From: Octopus vulgaris | Taxonomy: Eukaryota | Assembly: GCA_951406725.2 (NCBI GenBank) | Contig: OX597814.1 | Location: forward strand, 105,772,001 to 105,836,000 | Direction: 5' to 3' | DNA: 64,000 nt | In this document: positions 14,187 to 28,379 of the stretch, one piece after another | Position numbering within the stretch: the first letter of the stretch is position 1 | Layout: every line of letters starts with the position of its first letter | Program-made: the position numbers and the translations under genes | The notes under the pieces: model-generated | What the model saw: the letters and a program-made list of their open reading frames with translations, nothing else | Database searches by the model: none | Told to the model about the DNA's origin: nothing

Positions 14187-15412
14187 TATTATTATTGTTA
14201 TTATTGCATATGTGAGAAATGCTCTGTTGTCATTAAATGCCGTGTAAAACTGTTTTATCGCCCCATTTCTGGAAACCAGTTCCAGTTGCAGGATGATCGG
14301 TCAATAGATATGTTTAGTAGATAATGTTGTTGTTGTTGATGCTGTTGTACAATTGTTGTAGATGTTGATACAGTCATATGCTCAATTGCTTGAATGTGGG
14401 AGATCGTTGCGATTAGCCAACGGCCTTCAGCCTCCGAATCATCAGTCGGACAGTGAAATCATATAATTTCTGCAGCAGCAATAACTGTGGTTTCAACAGC
14501 AGCAGCAGCAGCATCAGCAACAGCATCTAAAATTCTAATAAATACTTCGCAGCTAATTTGTTACTAGAAAACAATAGCAACAGCAACAACTCTAAGCATT
14601 CTCTATAAGATGGCTGATAACATAAAACTGACGTCATTCGGAGTCGTTAAGAAGCATTTTTATATCTTGAACATCATCCTTCTGTCGTAGGCCCTGTGTG
14701 GTCCATTGGGCAGACCTGTGAAGTTTTGTGCTACAATTTGTATTATAAGTGAGTTAGTGCGATTCCCAGGAAAATAAAAGGTTTTCTCTATGGTGTATTT
14801 CATCGTTCCTCCGGGGTTCCCAATGTGACCTTCGCATCTTCTGTTATCATTTCAATAAATATTTATGTTTTATCCAACCATTTTCGAACGGCGGGGTTTG
14901 ATTTCTGGAAGATTTGACTGTTATTTTTTGCGAGGGAGAGCCCTTGGCTTGTTTTATTCCTATTTATTCTCCAAATAAACGCGGCAGCAATATTTTAGTT
15001 TAGCTCCCCATTGGCGACGACATTGTCTACACAATGTGTCGGGGTTGCTTGTGGTGAATGAGTTTCCACTAATGTCGGACTGTTATATATCAACCATTAT
15101 TAAACTTGCGCTTTGGTCTCACCCTCACGACCATAAACCATCCGCCATCACACAACAATCTTAGGGTCTCTCACCACCAACCATCATACATAAGCCTTCA
15201 GTTCTCATATCACCAGCGCTCACTCAAGACCCTTGGGTTCTATTACTCGACCCAGATAGGAACCCCAAACCCAACCCGCCAAAGCAAGGAAAAATCCGAG
15301 CTCAGTAAATCTAGCAGCTAACTCTCAGTGAAATCGCACCGTCTGAGCTTAAAAATGCAGTTTTAGAAACATAGTTTGATGAACCAATTAGTGGAGTGGT
15401 CACGGTTGTACG

Positions 15413-15761
15413 ATGTTTGAGCCACTTCTTCACTGCAGTTTTAACTTCCTCGTCACTTGACTATCATCTCTTCAGCGCTATGAAAGAGGGTTTGAGAAGC
15501 AAACATTATTCCAGTGACAAGGAAGTGAAAGCTGTAGTGAAGAAGTGTCTCAAAGAACAGTCTACAGAATATTACGGGGCAGGGATACATGCTCTCATTC
15601 GAAGGTGGAACATTGCTATTGAGAGAAACGGTGACTATGTTGAGAAGTAGGGATGTGATCCACAGAGGACCAGCTTCATTTTGATGTATGATACATGTTT
15701 CTGTGTTCGTAATTATACCTGTCCTGAACAAAATGGCATTACTTTTTGGCTCACCCTCGTA
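15413..15761 (+). mobile_element. Mariner 3' fragment with right TIR and an internal inverted duplication
   Basis: DYHLFSAMKEGLRSKHYSSDKEVKAVVKKCLKEQSTEYYGAGIHALIRRWNIAIERNGDYVEK* is a mariner transposase C-terminus. It ends TTACTTTTTGGCTCACCCTCG-TA, a mariner-type TIR plus TA. Confidence 0.92.
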
Positions 15762-16079
15762 GGTATATATTTGTATAGACATGTGTATTATATGCATTTC
15801 TTATGTGCATTAGAACGAGGCGTTCGCGAATTGGTTGTAAGCATTGATTTCTGGTCATGCTACAGCTCAGCTCTATACACCATGTTGTTGTATACAGCAT
15901 GTTTGTACTAATGATTTGTAGATACGTGGTATTTTCTTATGCAACCATTATATACCATAAAGTATATTAAACGCTTTTATAAGTCAATACTTTGTTCGAC
16001 TGCGTTAGCAGTGCTACTACATCATTTGTTAAGAGTATCTCTGCAAATATTCTGTAGTATTTGTGCATTTTTTTTTCTA

Positions 16080-16129
<50 letters not shown>

Positions 16130-16565
16130 CTAGCGGAGATCATGTGAATAATACTGCTCTGCTCAAAATGGCCGCCTTGGAACGCAGCGAGAGAGACTTA
16201 ACGAAGCGGGGCGTGAAACCTTCAACAAGATCCACCTTCACATTCCTCGGTCCTGCAGATAAATGGTATTATATTTACAATTCGCAATGACATCATTAAA
16301 CCGGTATCAAGATTTCAGGCGGGATGTCCCAGGTGAATTGAAATGTGAGTAGATTCAAAGCTCCTCAGTGAATTGTAAATGTGTATACATCACTCTATAT
16401 GTGTGTGTGTGTATATATATGTACATACCTACATATATATGTATATATACATGCATATATGAGTACAGGACGTCAAAAAACACGAGAACATTAAAACAAA
16501 CAAACATGGAAAGCGAACTTTTCTTTCGAACAACGAAAGAAGCAAATAGAAAAATGAGACAGGGC

Positions 16566-16626
<61 letters not shown>

Positions 16627-16646
16627 TCTCTCTCTCTCTCTCTATG

Positions 16647-16677
<31 letters not shown>

Positions 16678-16866
16678 GCTTATGTATAGGTGTGTATGTG
16701 TGGGTGTATACACTCGCATACACACATACATATTCGTACGTGTATATCTTGCATAGGTGTAGTGTATTTGTCTATACGCTTTAATCATCATCATCGTCAG
16801 AATTGCAGTTCAACGTTCTTGTATTCTGAAAGATGGTGGGTATATTTTCATGTCACGGCATTAACT

Positions 16867-16920
<54 letters not shown>

Positions 16921-18137
16921 GTATTGATGCTGAAAGTAGGAGACTATCTCAATCATCATCATCATCATAATCATCATCATCATCATAATCATCATCATCA
17001 TCATTATTGATGATCGTCGTCATGGTCGTCATGGTCGTCATCGTTAGTACCCCCCACCACCGATTATCATCGTCGACAATACCATCCTATACTCATTATG
17101 ATTGCTGTCATTAAATGAGCAACAGAAGCTGTAATTAGAAACTTAGTCAATACTCTGAGGCGTGGGGGTGGGGTGTGACGTCGAGAAAGAGTGAGGCGGT
17201 GGTGGTGGTGGCGGTGGTTAATTTATTATCAGAGATTGTGACTGCTGTAAGTGTATGTCGTGACATCAACTGTTTAACGTAACCCAAACAATTATTAATC
17301 CAAAGAAAAAAAAGAAAAAACAAAAACTACTTGCTGCACCGCAATTTAAACGGGGGTGGGGTGGTTAAACGGTGGTGTGTTTGGGGTTGGGATTGGAAGA
17401 TGGTTTACACACGGGTAGGGGGATAGTTGAAGAAGGGGTAGTCGATGATAGGGGTCGTAAGATGGTTTCTGCAGGGGTTGCTTTATATGGGTTAGGCTGG
17501 GGGAATTGGGTAAGGATAGTTTAGGGGAGATTAGGTGGGTCTGTTGAGGGGATTACGGGGATTAGGTGGGTCTGTCGAGGGGATTTCTCACTGATTACAG
17601 ATGGTTCTTTTTCACGCTCCGTTGCTGTTGTTGTTGTTGTTGTCAGAATATTGTTGATTGTTGTCAACAGGAACAACAACGGCAATCAAACGGGAGAAAA
17701 GATTTATTGGAAAATAAATAAATAAATAAATATGAAATATAAGATTAGAAATAGTGTGAGAGTAGAAGGATGAGGAGGTGTTTATAAGGGAGTGATAGGG
17801 ACTGGGGGGGGGGGCAGTAGAGAAGGGAGTGGGAGGCCGTTCTGAGGTGTTCGGGAATCAAACCAAGCGTGTATGTTATTCATTTAACATCATTTGGAAA
17901 TGTGGATGGTTTTGATTAGCAGCTCGATGTGAAGGGCATGATGGAGAGGAGGGATCAGTTCGGTCCTAATATATCGGTTCGCTTCACAGAGTCCTGGCAA
18001 GTAGCTTTTATTTTATTTTATTTTTCTTTTACGCTGGACGTCTTCCATGTTCTTTTCCGAAGTGACAATTGCAAAGAGCACCGCGTTTCCTTACTGTCGC
18101 ATCCTTCGTTCACCATTTCGTCCATAATCCCCCTCTG

Positions 18138-18219
<82 letters not shown>

Positions 18220-18800
18220 CCACACACTACATATACGTGCATGCATACCTACATGGCTACGTTCACCTAGACAAAGGCAAAGAGACAGATTGACATTATT
18301 ACGTACTGTTTTCCCAGTCAGGCGAGGCAATCATTTTCAGCCTCCTGCACTGATTTACACCGTTCCACTTCGCTAAGCTCTTTTATTAGAACCGTAACGC
18401 ATTCTTTACTTTCTTCACTGCTCTGTCATCACAGTTTGCAAACACTCTCACAAAATCACGCAGACATGCAGATTCATATTTCAAGATAACCCAAACCGCT
18501 TTGTGGTACCTTCTGAATTAATCAGTGCATCGTGAGTTAATTGAATAATTAATACGGGTTAATAAATGTTATACAAATTAGGCAGAACAGTCTAGCTGAG
18601 AGAAAGCTTATTTTTTCACTCTCAACATCTGTGACCTATTCTCGTTTCCCTGCCCAGAAGACGATTTCTCTTTTTCTAAAGAAAATCTGATGAGACGAGA
18701 GACTGTTCACATAAGTCTCCTTTTCACTGTCTACCTACGAATGTACGTACATACATAGTGCATATATACATACATAGTGCATACATGGTGCGTACATATA

Positions 18801-18842
<42 letters not shown>

Positions 18843-19811
18843 CATAGTTCATACATGGTGCATATATATATATGTATGTATATGCACTATGTATTCACTG
18901 AACTATATATATATATATACATACATACATACATACATAGTTCATACATATACACATACATGGTGCATACATACATACATACATGCAGACATATATATAC
19001 ATACATACGTACACACACACACACACACATACATACATACATACATACATACATACATACATACATACATACATACATACATACATACATACATACATAC
19101 ATACATACACACAGTCAAACGTCAACGGCTTCGAACGCAGCTGACAAACCATGTTATTGTTGTTTTTATCAGTTTGAATAATGGTGAAATAAATTAATAT
19201 TTCGACCAGGAAAACCCCGGGCGGTTGTATTTCACAAGGCTTGTGGTGTTGATGATGATGATGATGATGATGATGAAAATAATAGCAATAATAATAATAA
19301 TAATAATAATTATATATATATATATATAGGGCGTGAGTGATAGAAATTGTGGTGTAACCAATTTCATTTCACGGCAAAGCAATACATTTTTAAAAATAAA
19401 TAAATGACATATCAATCTCTCCTATCCTTTCCACATCTCTCTCTCTCTCTCTCTCTCTGCCTCTGTGAGCACCAGTGTCCAAAATTTTGGCTTGTCTGGA
19501 CACAACACAAATATAAAAACATGACAGGGAGAAGATAGTCTAAAGAGGTATGTATTCTGTATATTATGGAGCTTTTCTCCATAACAGTTCTTTTTTTGTC
19601 TGTCAACCCCTAAATACAGGCGACTTTGACATCTTGACTCACAAATCCACCACCCCCCACACACACACACACAGCGCCCCTACTGTGTCAACAAACAAAC
19701 ACACCTAATTATGAAGGGGACAGGCACTTCAGTGAGGAGAAGGAGTTTACTCAATGAACACATCAACACAGCAATAATCGCCATGGCATTTATAGACATC
19801 ATCGCCATCGC

Positions 19812-19845
<34 letters not shown>

Positions 19846-20227
19846 TCAACCAATAAACGCCATCATTAAATCAAAAGTGATACAAAATAATTTGAAAGAC
19901 AAAAAGCGCGTGTGTCTATATGTTTATATTCCTCATATGTCTGTCTGTCTGTCTTTCGCTGTATGTATATATGTGCATGTTTCTGTAAATGTACACACAC
20001 ACACATCAGACCGCGGTTATTGCACGGGCACCGCCCTTGAAGACATTTTTAATCGAATGAATTGTCCCCACTATGTGATTCTATTTTGTTAAGCCCAAAC
20101 TTCATCTATCTCCCCACCCCCACATATATATATGTGTATCCCTCTGTTTCTCTCTCTCTCTCTCTTTATATATATATATATATGTGTGTGTATGCATGTG
20201 CGTGTGAGTATATATATATATTATTCG

Positions 20228-20547
20228 TTTACTTGTTTCAGTCATTTGACTGTGGCCTTGCTGGAGCACTGCCTTTAGTCGAACAAATCGACCCCAGGAC
20301 TTATTCTTTATAAGCCTAGTACTTATTCTATCGGTCACTTTTGCCGAACCCTCATGTTACGGGGAGGTAAACACACCAACATCGTTTGTCAATCGAAGAT
20401 GGGTGAGGGTACAAACACACAGACGCAAATACATATACGACGGGCTTCTTTCAGTTTCCATCGACCCGATGCTATAGTAGAAGACACTTGCCCAAGGTTC
20501 CATGCAGTTGGAAAGCAAGCTCCTTACCACACAGCCATGCCTGCGCC
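20228..20547 (-). mobile_element. SINE family B (tRNA head + CORE-like domain), internally deleted
   Basis: Colinear with the 23398-23779 copy. Confidence 0.88.
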
Positions 20548-20567
20548 TATTATATATATATATTTGT

Positions 20568-20870
20568 GGAGGCGCAATGGTCCAGTGGTTAGGGAAGCGG
20601 ACTCGCGGTCGTAGGATCGCGGTTTCGATTCCCAGACCGGGCGTTGTGAGTGTTTATTGAGCGAAAACACCTAAAGCTCCACGAAGCTCCGGCAGGGGGT
20701 GGTGGCGATCCCTACTGTACTCTTTTGCCAAAACATTCTCTCACTCTTTCTTCTGTTGGCCTGCTCGCTTAGCCGGCGGGGTGGCGTCATTTGAAGGCTA
20801 AAACAATGCGAAGCGATTTGTGACCAGCGATATGTAGCAACATCTGATAGTCTGGTCGGTCACGGTGATA
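20568..20870 (+). mobile_element. SINE family C, intact-looking tRNA-derived SINE
   Basis: A box TGGTCCAGTGG and B box GGTTTCGATTCC at tRNA-like spacing, followed by about 230 nt of non-tRNA body and flanked by (TA)n. Confidence 0.85.
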
Positions 20871-20995
20871 TATATATATATTTATGCTTCAAACATTTAA
20901 CAAAAACGCAACTAGAAAATTTGTAGCTTACTCCTCATCATTCAACGTCCAAGAGATCATTACAATTTCGCGCCTATACACACACACACACACAT

Positions 20996-21030
<35 letters not shown>

Positions 21031-21379
21031 TGAGGGAGAGGGCGAAACAGACTGTCAAATGTTGGCACCCTTTTCCGAGCTGTTGAGGACAGACTTCCGA
21101 GTTATCTTCCAAATTCTGATGCAATGAACATCTATGAGCACACTCTGCTGTTTATAAAGTTTTCTAACAGAGAGTATTTGTTGGCCTATCTATATTCTTT
21201 AAAAAGTTTACATTAACACACACACACCCATAACTACATACAGATATATGTATATTGAAATGAAAATTCCAGTTTATGGGGTCAGGCAGCTTGTTTTTTT
21301 TTTTTTTTTTTTTGAAGTTTCTTTATATTTACTGAAAGTTTTATTACTCGTAAGAAATATACAAAATTTGAATTCCCTT

Positions 21380-21466
<87 letters not shown>

Positions 21467-21484
21467 ACACACACACACACACAC

Positions 21485-21595
21485 GACCGGCTTCTTTCAG
21501 CTTCCGTCTTTCAAATCCACTCATAAATCTTTGGCCGAGATTGAACACGGAAGCATGTGGCTGAGGAACAAGCTCCTTACTACGCGCATGCGCCC
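21485..21595 (-). mobile_element. SINE family B, degenerate 5' half
   Basis: ggcttctttcag.ttccgtct...aaatccactca...catgtgg...aagctccttac. Confidence 0.65.
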
Positions 21596-23199
21596 AGCTT
21601 AGTTGAGAAACCGCAATAAACTAAGACAATCTTCGCAGTTTCTGTGATGATTCCAGTTGCTCGAAGTTCTTCAGCTTGCCATATTAAGCTTATTGCAAGT
21701 CTATTTGACAGACTTTTGTGAAATGTTTTTATTTTCTATATCATGTCGTGTATTTTCTTTCTGTTCTACTTCATAAATGTATCACCCAAAGCGAGTAATA
21801 TGGATTAGTTATGTCTTGGCGGCTTCATTCAATACAGGAAACTTTTAAAAAGGGAAACAAACTGGGAATTGAACCCGTGTGGGTTAAAGGAGGTTATTTT
21901 GTATTTTTTCTGTTGCAGTCTAATTCCTTGCCTGATTTTAATAAAATATTCACGGTCTACGGCAGATCAATTCCAGGATGAATGAAGTTGCAACATTTCT
22001 TCACTTTACAATCTGAATAATGTGTGTGGTGGTGGGGGGATGGGTTGTATATTTGTCCACACTAAACTGGAAATAAATAGCGCGAAGGCTTGATGCAAAT
22101 GTATTTCCCTTGGCAGCCTTTAAATTCCGTTGAAATATCTTGTCATGTCAGAAGACCTTTTCACCGCTTGCTTGTGTCTGGTGGCTGGTGGCAATCTAAT
22201 ATTACAAGTCCACAACATTAAAGCCGTTGATTTTATTGTTTGTTTATACATGCAAGATGGCAAGATGGAGGTTTTGATTACAGCATCTTATTACTGTTTA
22301 ATCGCTCAATCTATAAGCATGCCATGTGGCAACTCTCTAAACACTCTTCCATTATTACAGTAGCAGCTGAGCTAAGAGGAGCACTAAATTCTTATTACGG
22401 TTATTAATTCATGGACGGATTATCTTTGTGAATCTACACATAGGATCGATAAATCATCGATAAATAGCTTAACTACTTCGCCATTGGATATATTTCTCAG
22501 GAGGATTATTTATATAAAAAGAAGCAACAAAAACCAAGTCATATTAATTAGTAATGGCGTTGTTGCATTCATCGCCATTTAGCTTTTTTTATTTTTATTT
22601 TTTGGTTTTATTTTATTTTATTTTAGTTTGTCTTTGTTTCTTTTGTCACCACTCTCCACAATGTCTGGTCTTCAATTACAACATACTGAATCAGAAAATC
22701 ACACCTGGAGATAATTGGATTGTCAACTAATAGGTGTGTGTATGTGTGTGTGTGTGTATGTGTGTGTGTGTGTGTATGTGTGTGTGTGTGTGTAATATAT
22801 ATGAGCGTGCAGAGGCGAAGGTCAGTATAAAATCTTTGTACAGTTTTTAGCGCTACATTTAAAGCGTTTGATCGCATCCGTTCTGTATACGATAGAATTA
22901 AACTGGCAAATATATTTGGAGACATCATGCATTTATTTTATCATTTTCAATGAGAAAAAATCATTCAAAATTGGAGACTATGTAAACGAACCACCCTTTA
23001 TTGGCTGTGGAGATGATATGTGAAGGCGAGGATGACTAATGTGATTCGGGGTAGAACCGAAGATCCGATGTGAAACTTGGTTCAAGGGCGTCCGTATCGT
23101 GTTACCAATTCTTGGTGGAACGACGGCGGTAGACATGAAGAAAAAGTAATGATCTCAAAACCAATTTCGTTCTAAAATTTAACAGATTACTACTACTAT

Positions 23200-23231
<32 letters not shown>

Positions 23232-23292
23232 TAACGAATTTAATCAAATGTTTTCGAACCGCTAAGTTCCTGGACACAAAAACGAAAGCAAT

Positions 23293-23331
<39 letters not shown>

Positions 23332-23397
23332 ACATACAGACACGCACACACGCGCGATGAAAGTAAAAGAGTATATATATATATGCTCTTTTCTCTC

Positions 23398-23779
23398 TCT
23401 TTTACTTGTTTCAGTCATTTGACTGCGGCCATGCTGGAGCACCGCCTTTAGTCGAGCAAATCGACCCCGGGACTTATTCTTTGTAAGCCCAGTACTTATT
23501 CTATTGGTCTCATTTGCCGAACCGCTAAGTGACGGGGACGTAAACACACCAGCATCGGTTGTCAAGCAATGCTAGGGGGACAAACACACACACATACACA
23601 TATATATACATATATACGACAGGCTTCTTTCAGTTTCTGTCTACCAAATCCATTCACAAGGCATTGGTCGGCCCGGGGCTATAGCAGAAGACACTTGCCC
23701 AAGATGCCACGCAGTGGGACTGAACCCGGAACCATGTGGTTGGTTAGCAAGCTACTTACCACACAGCCACTCCTGCGCC
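23398..23779 (-). mobile_element. SINE family B, full-length (tRNA head, CORE-like domain, internal TA/TG microsatellite, 3' body)
   Basis: Minus strand reads GGCGCAGGAGTGGCTGTGTGG (A box)...GGTTCAGTCCC (B box)...GGCATCTTGGGCAAGTGTCTT, resembling the CORE-SINE motif GTGACCTTGGGCAAGTCACTT. At least seven related copies lie in the window. Confidence 0.9.
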
Positions 23780-24084
23780 TATTTAACTCCATTTCGCTCT
23801 GCACGGCAGTTGGAAGAAACTATCCACTGTGTAAACGTGGGATATATATATATAGATGATTTATATAGAAACTCACACACACACACACACACACACACTG
23901 TGTGCGTGTATGTGGAAAGGCTAATGTATGCGTGAACGAGCGCAATTCCGAAGAGAATGATATATGCGTCGTGTACTCGTTCACCGAATTATTCTGTGCA
24001 ACCCATACACCCTGCATCCAGCACGATTTTTTCTTTGTCCTTCTATCAACTGCGACTCTATCTCTCTCTCCTCCTCTCTCTCTC

Positions 24085-24143
<59 letters not shown>

Positions 24144-24251
24144 CATAGATTTTGTGAATGTGTGCAAATATCGTTGAAGTATTGTTTAATGAAACCAATT
24201 ATGTGATCGGGTGTGATTTTGTAAATGATAATAATAATAATGATAATAATG

Positions 24252-24302
<51 letters not shown>

Positions 24303-24671
24303 TCCAAGTGAAGAACAATAAGGAAACCGAATACCAAATGAACTGGCATGGTGGACGTAAAACATAAAAAAAGTGATGCCAAGGGAAACAGAGAGACAGA
24401 GAGGGGGGAGAAAGGGACTGTGTAACCTTTAAAACGTATGATCTGGTGTCTTAATGCATAATGACATTCAGTTGACAATTCACTAACATCGTCATCATTT
24501 TTATTGTTGTCATCGTCGTCGAGATAATCGTTATTCCATATTTTACCAAAATGACCTTTTCCTTTCATCCTTTTGTAAGACGTTGATTAAATACTTTTTG
24601 TCCACTTAAACCGACTGTTCCATCCTCGGAAGTACGTTGCTGTGCGTATCACTTGAAGTCATCATCCTCTA

Positions 24672-24717
<46 letters not shown>

Positions 24718-24729
24718 ATTATTATTATT

Positions 24730-25285
24730 GAGTGTGAGAGCAGTGCATGCCATCAAAGTGACACTGGGGTAAAATATACAAAGCCCAGTATACCCATCAT
24801 GACTACCCGTCTGATAAGGGTACACTAGGCACATGCATCACAACCACATGTGCGCGACATGATGATCTCATATCAAGATAAACAGAGCATGATCTTGCAG
24901 GTGGGGCCCAGTTAAAATTTTCTTCTGGTCGAGTAACCCATTCCGCTCAAAAGGTCCCTGAATAAGGGTTGTTTAAGGATGTTGAACGAAACACCCATGT
25001 TTCCAGAGGTGAATTATTCAAACCCCTAAGAATCCCTCTCAACACATGGGTATGATGCTCCCCCACTACTTCTGCTCGTGATCAGAGATGCACATATCGT
25101 CAGCCACTAAGGGACATGCTCAACTGGTTAAGGTCAAACAACTGACAAGCAAATCTGTGGTATTGAGCAGAATATTTGCTGTGGCCCATCTTTTATACTA
25201 AGACAAAACAATGTACATGATAACACTTCCAATCAGGAAAGATCAGAAGCCATGAGAGCCACTGCCTGGTACTGCATCAGAGCAT
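24730..25285. mobile_element. About 555-bp non-coding element embedded in (ATT)n, copy 1
   Basis: Highly similar to 38442-38912 with the same two ends; (ATT)n on both sides. Confidence 0.88.
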
Positions 25286-25366
25286 TTATTATTATTATCA
25301 TCATTATTATTATTATGATTATTATTATTATTGTTAATATTATTATTATTATTATTATTATTAGTG

Positions 25367-25421
<55 letters not shown>

Positions 25422-25942
25422 CAGCAGCAGCAAAAGTGTTCAAATGGCATGCTGAAGGGACTGATAGAAGGGTGGAAAGTGCGTTGATGTATTTGCTTAG
25501 ACTCTTTACATTCTGAGCTGAATCCTCACCGACAACGTAATTTCCTCTTTGTTGCTTTTGTTTGTTAGAATCCTCATTTCTTCCCTGTTGCTTCCGGTCA
25601 TCTTCAACACATTTCTTCACCATTCGCATTTTCTTTCCATCCTACAAAATCTTCCCATCTTCCTTTTGAAGAAGAACCGACGTTCGATACGTCGACCGCA
25701 CTTCTGCTTTCTTAATCTCTCTTCATGTGTCCCACTAATACTAACTCACTGGCTTCACGCTATTACCATCGTTAATCTTTAATCTAACCACGCTTACACA
25801 AAGCAAAAATTGGGGTTCAACGTAGGCATCGAACTGAGTGCTACTTCGGTCATTTTTAAATTCCTTCCAGAGAATTCCCTTCACTTCGTCACGACAATAC
25901 AAAGGAATAACGGCGCAATATCTATATAAACATAGAAGAAAA

Positions 25943-26356
25943 GGCGGCGAGCTGGCAGAAACGTTAGCACGCCGGGCGAAATGCGTAGCCGTATTTCGTC
26001 CGTCTTCACGTTCTGAGTTCAAATTCTGCCGAGGTCCACTTTGCCTTTCATCCTTTTGGAGTCGATAAATTAAGTACCAGTTACGCACTGGGGTCGATGT
26101 AATCGACTTAATCCGTTTGTCTGTCCTTGTTTGTCCCCTCTGTGTTTAGCCCCTTGTGGGTAGTAAAGAAATAGGTATTTCGTCTATCTTTACGTTCTGA
26201 GTTCAAATTCCGCCGAGGTTGACTTTGCCTTTCATCCTTTTGGAGTCGATAAATTAAATACCAGTTACGCACTGGGGTCGATATAATCGACTTAATCCGT
26301 TTGTCTGTACTTGTTTGTCCCCTCTGTGTTTAGCCCCTTGTGGGTAGTAAAGAAAT
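25943..26356 (+). mobile_element. SINE family A, dimeric copy (tail type 1 + tail type 1)
   Basis: Head GGCGGCGAGCTGGCAGAA, B box GAGTTCAAATTC and core GCCTTTCATCCTTT.GG.GTCGATAAATTAAGTACCAG (Meta-domain-like, from recall). About 183 nt are repeated in tandem from 26174. Confidence 0.92.
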
Positions 26357-26900
26357 ATATATAAACATGTAATAAACTGCTGCCTTATCACATGGGATGG
26401 GGTTGGGGAATACTATGTAATTTGCATATTGATATTGTCATATTGCCACGAATAAATTTTAAGAATATATCAATGCAATATTAATATTGCTTTGGTGTTT
26501 TATATTCTTTATTATCCTGAAATAAAAAATGAAAAAATGTCTGAAACATAAACTCTGTTGTCGAACGAAATGCGATGAAGAAATATTGACACTTTACGAA
26601 ACCCTGGCGTCTCTTTATTTATGTGAGTTGTGACATTCACCATTGCTGGTTCAATTCTTTACTGATAGATCACTGTCTACGCTTTTGTATACTTATGCGT
26701 GTGTACAGGAGGTGTGTGTATTTCTGAATAAAATCATCATCGTTTCTTCTAAGTTTGTGTGTGTGTGTACATATGTTTGAGAAGCTGCATACGCGTTTTT
26801 ATTGGCCTGTCTTTTATGACATGACATATTTGTGTGTGTGTGTGTGTATAGCTATTGGCTAATCTTTTATGGTAATGTCGTCTTCCTTTGACTCTCTCTT

Positions 26901-26945
<45 letters not shown>

Positions 26946-27478
26946 CTCGCTCTCTTAGCACCGCTCTGCTTACATGCATTTGTAAGAAATATATTATCAT
27001 ATAATGAATCGGAAAGAGCTAATTGGAATGAAAAACTGCCGTTTCTGTAGAATTGATTAACATATGAAAAGACCTTATCAAATCAGCATCTGCAGTCATC
27101 GCTTTAGCTGGGAGATGGAGTTGTGTGTTCATTGACATTTATGGAGAGTAAATTGTACAATAACAACACCACTAACAACACCAGCATAACGACAATAAGA
27201 CTACAACCATCGACCACAGCTCTAACAACAACAAAAACATCACCTCCGCCACCAACAGCGTCGTTGCCATCACTAACGACATCAATATCAACAACAGCGA
27301 CAACACAAACTCCATCAGTAACACTTAAACATCACCAACAACAACAACACTACCCCCACCAGAACACCAGCACCGCCACCACCATCATTAGAACAACAAC
27401 AACAACAACAACACTAGAAGCAGTAACCAAAACAGATAACAAATCGATCGGGAGCGATTCTACTAAAACCATTCTGAA

Positions 27479-27479
27479 A

Positions 27480-27555
<76 letters not shown>

Positions 27556-27885
27556 GGTGGTGGTGGCAGTAGTGGTGGTGGTGGTGGTGGTGGTGGCAGT
27601 TGTAGTAGTGATGGTGGTGGTGGTGGTGGCAGTAGTAGTAGTGGTGGTGGTGATGGTGGCAGTAGTAGTAGTGGTGGTGGTGGTGGTGGCAGTAGTAGTA
27701 GTGGTGGTGGTGGTGGCAGTAGTAGTGGTGGTGGTGGTGGTGGTGATGGCAGTAGTAGTAGTAGTAGTGGTGGTGGTGGTGGCAGTAGTAGTAGTAGTAG
27801 CAGTGGTGGTTGTGGTGGTAGTAGTAGTTAGTGGTGGTGGTGGTGGTGGTGGTGGTGGTGGTGGGTAGTAGTAGTAGTAGTAGTA
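27479..27885. repeat. Compound (GTA)/(GTG)/(GCA) trinucleotide array
   Basis: Directly visible; source of the poly-T and poly-V ORFs. Confidence 0.95.
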
Positions 27886-28379
27886 AAAGTATCTTAGTTT
27901 AAAAGCGAAGAACAAAATATTGATTTTCTTGTCTGTTTAGAATTACTCTCCCCTCCGCCATGTTGTCATCTGAAAATTGTGACAAAGATATATATATATA
28001 CACAGCTGGTTGGTATTGCTACAGTTGGCTGTGAAGCATGAAGACCAATGGCAGGATATTAGTGCTTGGTTGGATTGTAAGAATTTGCCATAACAGACGG
28101 AAGCAAATTTCTCGTCACTATACATACAGACAGACATATTCTTTTTCGGGGTTTTTACATATGTATATTTCTTTATTTTCTCACTTTGTCACAAGGTGAT
28201 GCATTGTGGGAGACATTTCCTGGTTATATCATCCCAAGTGCATAACTGGTACTATGCAGTTTTATAAGAATGAAAGACAAACTTGATCTCTGTAGTTTGT
28301 ATGTGTATATAAATGTATGTGTGTGTATATGTGTGTATATATATTTATATGTATGTGTGTATGATGATAATGATGACTT

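Noticed and set aside
16168-16350. caaaATGGCCGCC start-like or YY1-like motif with a short ORF and nearby GT donors
   Set aside because: No homology and no consistent exon boundaries; the motif alone is too weak.
20568-20640. tRNA-like sequence with A and B boxes
   Set aside because: No convincing acceptor stem or immediate poly-T terminator, and it continues into a SINE body, so it is treated as a SINE head.
27123-27482. 119-aa Thr/Pro-rich mucin-like ORF
   Set aside because: Degenerate (ACA/CCA) trinucleotide sequence adjoining a microsatellite, with no splice or domain evidence.
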